From Okeania sp. (GTDB lineage Bacteria; Cyanobacteriota; Cyanobacteriia; Cyanobacteriales; Microcoleaceae): 11,389 nt of DNA. Within the stretch, counting starts at the first letter, position 1. Every line of letters starts with the position of its first letter. The position numbers and the translations under genes were made by a program. Location: positions 1 through 11,389 of the forward strand of contig NZ_JAYKGW010000197.1 of NCBI RefSeq assembly GCF_035285525.1, given 5' to 3'. Below are positions 7,648 to 11,389 of this stretch, piece after piece. The notes beneath the pieces were generated by a model. That model was not told where the DNA came from, made no database searches, and saw only the letters and a program-made list of their open reading frames with translations.

Positions 7648-7673
7648 GGTGCGTTACGCTTTGCTAACGCACC
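7648..7673. repeat. Perfect 9-bp stem-loop 'ggtgcgtta-cgctttgc-taacgcacc'
   Basis: 5' arm 7648-7656, 8-nt loop, 3' arm 7665-7673. From memory it resembles a dispersed Nostocales hairpin repeat, but this was not verified. Confidence 0.7.
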
Positions 7674-7683
7674 CTACTGTATT

Positions 7684-7838
7684 GTTTCATCTAAAAATGA
7701 TTAGAGAGTGGGGGATTGAGTAGGGACGTTCCATGGAAAGTCTGTACGGGAGAAAGATTTTTGTTGGGTTACTCCTGCACAGAAGCAAGCTACGTACCTC
7801 AACCCAACCTACATCTATTGCACCATTTTAGGTGAAAC
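7684..7838. repeat. Long-hairpin element, copy A (155 nt). It could be a MITE or a structured RNA module.
   Basis: The 5' arm 'gtttcatctaaaaatgattagagagtgggggattgag' pairs, with bulges and G-U pairs, to the 3' arm 'ctcaacccaacctacatctattgcaccattttaggtgaaac'. The apical region contains 'gggacgttccatggaaagtctgtacggg' and a 32-nt segment absent from copy B. Confidence 0.85.
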
Positions 7839-7854
7839 GCTCCACTACTGGATT

Positions 7855-7993
7855 GTGTCATCTAAAAATGTTCATTAGTAGAGTGGGGGATTGAGTAGGG
7901 ACGTTCCATGGAAAATCTGTACGGGAGAAAGATTTTTGTCCTTGTTTCATACCTCAACCCAACCTACATCTATTGCACCATTTTAGGTGAAAC
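7855..7993. repeat. Long-hairpin element, copy B (139 nt), in tandem with copy A (171-nt period)
   Basis: It is near-identical to copy A except for a 5-nt insertion in the 5' arm ('atgttcattagtagag' versus 'atgattagagag') and an 11-nt segment replacing the 32-nt apical segment. Both copies are followed by 'gctccactact(g/a)ga'. Confidence 0.85.
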
Positions 7994-8049
7994 GCTCCAC
8001 TACTAGACTTTTCCTCTTCCATCCATCCGTGTGTCCGTGGCCAAATCCG

Positions 8050-8076
8050 TATGTGCTGAAAGGAAAGCTCTAAGTT
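8050..8076. repeat. Right copy of the 26/27-nt direct repeat bracketing the hairpin block
   Basis: See 7609-7634. Confidence 0.85.
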
Positions 8077-8239
8077 TAGGTAATAGTAGAACGTGGTGAA
8101 AATAACCAATCAACTGCAAAAACCTAAAAGCTTTACCAATCAATACATTTGACCAAGAAATAAGGTCTCAAGTCTCCCCTTTCAAGGGGATGAAAAAAAG
8201 TTGATTCAGTATTTCAAGGGTCCTACTGAAGTAGGAGGT

Positions 8240-8288
8240 ACTGATAACTGTTAGCGCAGCTCCGACCCAGGAGGCTAACTGATAACTG
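8240..8288. repeat. SDR-like micro-insertion: a 27-nt hairpin-forming segment flanked by an 11-nt direct repeat 'actgataactg'
   Basis: 'actgataactg' occurs at 8240-8250 and 8278-8288. The intervening 'ttagcgcagctccgacccaggaggcta' has gttagc/gctaac ends. Small stem-loops lie just upstream at 8175-8190 (tcccctt/aagggga) and 8221-8236 (tcctac-tgaa-gtagga). Confidence 0.4.
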
Positions 8289-8375
8289 AAATGAGTTCCC
8301 TGTAACGGTCTAGGTGCTTAACCAACAAGACAACAGCAAAAACAGTATAACCGAAAAAAAAGGATAAAACGCTGC

Positions 8376-10691
8376 ATGAAATTTTCCATCGCTACACTCC
8401 TAGCAAATTTTAGTGACGATAAATTAATTGCTCCCAAAGCAGTGGAGAAAAAACTAGATTGTCAAGATGAGCAAAGTATCCGCAAATTACAAATTTCTCT
8501 CGATGCTTTGGAAAAAATAGGAGTTCTTGCTAAAGACAAAGGTCGCTATCGACGACTTTTTGAAGATGCAGTTGTAGAAGCAAAACTGCGCTGCTCCAGT
8601 AAAGGATTTTGCTTTGCGATCCAAGACTCAGAAGGAACAGAAGACATTTATATACGGGAAAGTCACCTAAGTAATGCTTGGAATGGCGATCGCGTATTTG
8701 TGAAAATTATCAAAGAAGGTAGTCGTCGTCGGAGTCCAGAAGGAGAAGTCAAGTTAATATTAGAACGTGCCAACCCTTCCCTGTTAGCAAGAATCAAACA
8801 AATTAATGGACACAATGGAGAACCCTATTATCGAGCAGTTCCCCTAGATGATCGCCTGCTATTTGAACTTGACTTAATACCAGAAGGTCCAGATTTAGCA
8901 GATGCTGTAGATCACCTAGTTCATGTCGAAGTATTGCGCTATCCTCTGGGAGAAAAACGTCCGATCGGAAAAGTAGTTCAAATTCTGGGTTCCGATGCAG
9001 AAGCAGCAGATGACCTAGACATAGTATGTTGCAAACATGACTTACTCCGCTCTTTTCCTGATGCAGTTATCCAAGAAGCTGAATCTCTAGTAAATAAATC
9101 TATCAAAGAAGACCAAAAAAATAGACTAGATTTGCGTGAACTGCTGACGATTTCTTTTGGAGAAAGCTACAAAAAAGACATTAATCACGCTCTCAGTATA
9201 GAAAGTACAATCTCTGGTTATTGGCGAGTAGGAGTTCACATTGCTGATGTAGCTTACTTTATTCAACCAGACTCCCCACTAGATAAAGAAGCTCGGAAAC
9301 GGGGTATCAGTATATATCTGCGAAACCAAGTAGTTCCCATATTGCCAGATCTATTATCGTGTGATTACTTTTCCCTGCTACCAGAAGAAGACCGACTAGC
9401 AATATCTATTCTGATTACTGTCAATAAAAACGGTCAGATAGTTGAATTTGAAATTGAACCAAGTGTGATTCAGGTAGATGCTCATCTTAGTTATGAGGAA
9501 ACCGAAAAAATTATTAATGAAAATACAGAAGAAGAAGAAGAGGAAGCCGAGCTAACTTCAGAGCAACTGGAAAATACTATCCATCAACTTCAAGAGGTGA
9601 GTGCAGCAGTTCGTGGTGCTAGATTACGCAGAGGTGCTTTCGATCTAAACTTACCAGATGAAAAAAGCTATTATAACGATGAGAGTCCCTTGGGAGCAAT
9701 GATAGTTCCGAAAATGTTTCCAGCTCGTTCCATGGTCGCAGAATTAATTGTCTTAGCAAACCAAGCAATAGCTAGTCATTTGCTAGCATTAGGAGTCCCG
9801 GCGATTTATCGAGTCCAAAATTCCCCAGATCCAGGGGATATCCAAGAATTGATGAAATTAGCTGCTAATCTTGGAATTGAACTATATCTAGAAGATGAAG
9901 AAGATATACAACCTGCTGACTATCTAGCATTTGTTGAAGAATTTGCTAACTCAAAATCAGAAAGAGTGTTGACATACTTGCTAGAAGATACTTTGAAACC
10001 AGCAATTTATAGTACCACTGCTCAACCTCATTTTGGATTAGCTTTACAACATGGTTATATTCATTGTACATCACCAATTTCCAGATATACCGATTTATTG
10101 ATTTCGCGAGTATTACATACTGTCTTTAATGAAGGTCGCGATCGCCGTTCCAGTCGTTCTAAAGAAGGTGTAGAATTAGGTCATTCTTCATGTCATGGCA
10201 AAATCTCCTGGAATGTTTTAGCTCCAGAAATACAGCCAGAACTGGAAGCACAACTGTCATCAGTAGTGGTACATTTAACGGAACGGGAAAATATTGCCCA
10301 GGATGGTCAAGAAGACTTAGAAGGATTAATCAAAACTGGATTAATGAAGGAGCGCACTGGTCAAACGTTCCAAGGTTTGATTACAGGAGTACAGTCTTAT
10401 GGTTTTTTTGTGGAAATTGAAATTGCTTCTGAGTCTAGAGAAAGCTTCAGAGTAGAGGGTTTAGTTCATGTATCTTCTTTGAAAGATGACTGGTATGAAT
10501 ATCGTTCCCGACAACAAACACTTGTCGGACGGAAAAATCGTAATCAATATCGACTAGGAGATATGGTAGAAGTACAGGTGAAGAGTGTTGATTATTATCG
10601 TCAGCAAATTGACTTGGTTGCAGTTAGTGGTGGCAGTAGCGTTTATGAGGATGAAGAGTTTTCCTCTTCCAGTAATTCTTATCGGTTTTGA
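8376..10691 (+). CDS. RNase II/RNase R (VacB) family protein with an N-terminal HTH/CSD region, an RNB domain and a C-terminal S1 domain. The catalytic motifs appear degenerate.
   Basis: 771 aa. RNB motifs are recognisable: 'WRVGVHIADVAYFIQPDSPLDKEARKRGISIYL..VVPILPDLLS', 'DRLAISILITV', 'HFGLALQHGYIHCTSPISRYTDLLISRVL'. The S1 domain is 'FQGLITGVQSYGFFVEIE...VEGLVHVSSL.DDWYEY...YRLGDMVEVQVKSVDYYRQQIDL'. It contains two HIP1 sites. Motif I reads 'TISFGESYKKDINHAL' instead of the usual 'TID.....D.DDA'. Confidence 0.9.
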   Translation: MKFSIATLLANFSDDKLIAPKAVEKKLDCQDEQSIRKLQISLDALEKIGVLAKDKGRYRRLFEDAVVEAKLRCSSKGFCFAIQDSEGTEDIYIRESHLSNAWNGDRVFVKIIKEGSRRRSPEGEVKLILERANPSLLARIKQINGHNGEPYYRAVPLDDRLLFELDLIPEGPDLADAVDHLVHVEVLRYPLGEKRPIGKVVQILGSDAEAADDLDIVCCKHDLLRSFPDAVIQEAESLVNKSIKEDQKNRLDLRELLTISFGESYKKDINHALSIESTISGYWRVGVHIADVAYFIQPDSPLDKEARKRGISIYLRNQVVPILPDLLSCDYFSLLPEEDRLAISILITVNKNGQIVEFEIEPSVIQVDAHLSYEETEKIINENTEEEEEEAELTSEQLENTIHQLQEVSAAVRGARLRRGAFDLNLPDEKSYYNDESPLGAMIVPKMFPARSMVAELIVLANQAIASHLLALGVPAIYRVQNSPDPGDIQELMKLAANLGIELYLEDEEDIQPADYLAFVEEFANSKSERVLTYLLEDTLKPAIYSTTAQPHFGLALQHGYIHCTSPISRYTDLLISRVLHTVFNEGRDRRSSRSKEGVELGHSSCHGKISWNVLAPEIQPELEAQLSSVVVHLTERENIAQDGQEDLEGLIKTGLMKERTGQTFQGLITGVQSYGFFVEIEIASESRESFRVEGLVHVSSLKDDWYEYRSRQQTLVGRKNRNQYRLGDMVEVQVKSVDYYRQQIDLVAVSGGSSVYEDEEFSSSSNSYRF

Positions 10692-10700
10692 TGAATGAGT

Positions 10701-10756
10701 AGGGTGATGGGGTGATGGGGTAATGGGGTAATGGGGTGATGGGGTGATGGGGTGAT
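10701..10756. repeat. Octamer tandem repeat (g/a)gggt(g/a)at x7, starting 10 nt after the RNase-family gene stop
   Basis: The array reads agggtgat ggggtgat ggggtaat ggggtaat ggggtgat ggggtgat ggggtgat. A related 'tgatgggg' also occurs at 5681-5688, after clpP. Confidence 0.95.
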
Positions 10757-10771
10757 GAAATAGTCTAGTAA

Positions 10772-10814
10772 GGGAGCAAGAAGCTCCCACTTGTAGTGCG
10801 GGAATCTTGCCCGC
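10772..10814 (+). terminator. Two short GC-rich stem-loops downstream of the RNase-family gene. This is a weak terminator candidate without a U-tract.
   Basis: The first is gggagc-aagaa-gctccc (10772-10788). The second is gcggg-aatcttg-cccgc (10798-10814). Confidence 0.3.
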
Positions 10815-10874
10815 GATACCTCACGGAGAAGAGAAAAAGGAGAAAGTTTTTTGATCGCGCTTTGTCCGGATACG

Positions 10875-11008
10875 ATCAGGACTTACGCATTATGAACGAG
10901 TTTTAGACATTTGAGATTGCTTTCCGTTCCGGAATGCTGCGCTTTCCATGTCGGTTCAAGCGCCGAAAACGCAATGACAAAATTGCGTTGCCTTGCGTAA
11001 GTCCTGAT
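10875..11008. mobile_element. 134-bp MITE-like element with perfect 15-bp terminal inverted repeats 'atcaggacttacgca / tgcgtaagtcctgat'
   Basis: The TIRs lie at 10875-10889 and 10994-11008 and are exact reverse complements. There is no coding capacity. The interior shares the 'ggaatgctg(c/t)gc' module with the 1866-2182 element and has a gcaatg..attgc hairpin. The termini are the same type as at 2032-2123. Confidence 0.7.
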
Positions 11009-11256
11009 GATATTATATCAAATCTGCTGATTCGGTATAAAAAATTTTTCATCTTCACCCAAAGTGCCAATCTTTCTAAATTCCCTTCCCTCCTGACTCG
11101 TGACTCCTAACTCCTAGATTAACTATCTAATTAGGGCTTGGTGATTAAATATCAAAATCTTGACGAGCTTAAGGTTTTACCCTTTTCAGGGGCTTTGTTG
11201 CACAAAAGGTGACGTTTAGGCTATAAATAACATCAGGATCATACGAATCAGTAGAT

Positions 11257-11389
11257 ATGAGTAAGTCCAAGTCCAAGTCCAAGTCCAAGTCTAAGCCTAA
11301 GCCTCAATACAAGATCAAGAATTGGTCTGAGTATAATGCATCCTTGAAGCAACGAGGCAGCCTAACATTTTGGCTTAATCAAGAGGTAA
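11257..11389 (+). CDS. IS5-family (IS903-group-like) DDE transposase, N-terminal fragment (continues beyond the window)
   Basis: It translates to 'MSKSKSKSKSKSKPKPQYKIKNWSEYNASLKQRGSLTFWLNQEV'. The 'NW.EYN..L..RGSLTFW' segment is the conserved N-terminal signature of this transposase group. It is absent from the ORF track because no stop codon is reached. Confidence 0.75.
   Translation, partial: MSKSKSKSKSKSKPKPQYKIKNWSEYNASLKQRGSLTFWLNQEV
11263..11304 (+). repeat. Hexanucleotide tandem repeat aag(t/c)c(c/t) x7 inside the transposase 5' end
   Basis: aagtcc x4, aagtct x1 and aagcct x2 together encode (KS)5(KP)2. Confidence 0.95.

Larger units (their letters stand above)
11191..11389 (+). mobile_element. 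Left end of an IS5-family (IS903-group-like) insertion sequence, truncated by the window edge
   Basis: 'ggctttgttgcacaaaa' at 11191 matches the IS903-type terminal inverted repeat start (GGCTTTGTTG...) as I remember it. The transposase ATG lies 66 nt inside this end. Confidence 0.7.

Noticed and set aside
7610-7723. 37-aa ORF starting in the left 26-nt repeat and running through the 9-bp hairpin into hairpin copy A
   Set aside because: The second copy of the same repeat (8051) hits a stop after two codons. The GGAGGA at 7581-7586 is 23 nt from the ATG. The sequence is better explained as repeat or RNA structure.
10190-10420. 76-aa + strand ORF in another frame inside the RNase-family gene
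   Set aside because: It is fully embedded in a strongly supported CDS and has no features of its own.
10554-10790. 78-aa minus-strand ORF ('...HHPITPSPHYPITPSPHHPTHS...')
   Set aside because: It is the antisense translation of the octamer array and overlaps the 3' end of the RNase-family gene. It is a repeat artefact.
10865-10933. Two TCCGGA (DIF-like heterocyst promoter) hexamers at 10865 and 10928, the first followed 17 nt later by CATTAT
   Set aside because: A palindromic 6-mer is expected once or twice by chance in this length. One lies inside the MITE, the other lies 4 nt upstream of its left TIR, and neither has a downstream gene.
10953-10964. 'ggttcaagcgcc', resembling a tRNA T-arm
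   Set aside because: No acceptor stem, anticodon arm or D-arm can be built around it, and it lies inside the MITE-like element.

Overview
This is an AT-rich chromosomal segment that looks cyanobacterial, probably from a heterocyst-forming Nostocales-type genome. The pointers are four HIP1 octamers (GCGATCGC at 5161, 7093, 8686 and 10138, all inside CDSs), heptamer and octamer STRR-like arrays, and many small hairpin or MITE/SDR-like repeats in the spacers. Five intact genes are supported: an HGSNAT/DUF5009-type membrane acyltransferase (646-1746 +), a two-domain GNAT acetyltransferase (2207-3055 +), a monocistronic clpP with an intact Ser/His/Asp triad (5091-5669 +), a repeat-containing hypothetical protein (6075-7274 -), and a 771-aa RNase II/R-family protein (8376-10691 +). 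There is also a heavily decayed ATP-grasp pseudogene (3498-4672 +) and the left end of an IS903-like (IS5-family) insertion sequence running off the window (11191-11389). I see no recognisable multi-gene defence, CRISPR, toxin-antitoxin or biosynthetic system. Four things deserve follow-up. (1) The RNase II/R homologue appears, by eye alignment, to have lost three of four catalytic Asp residues and the essential Arg, so it may be a pseudo-nuclease. (2) An ORF-free 1.1-kb divergent spacer upstream of it carries a near-consensus promoter, then two tandem 140-155-nt long-hairpin elements bracketed by 26-nt direct repeats. (3) The divergent neighbour encodes a possible dsRBD-like N-terminus plus three ~48-aa C-terminal repeats. 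(4) A higher-order tandem array (about 125-nt units inside a 330-nt super-repeat) abuts the acyltransferase start and runs off the left edge. All homology calls come from reading the translations, with no database search.
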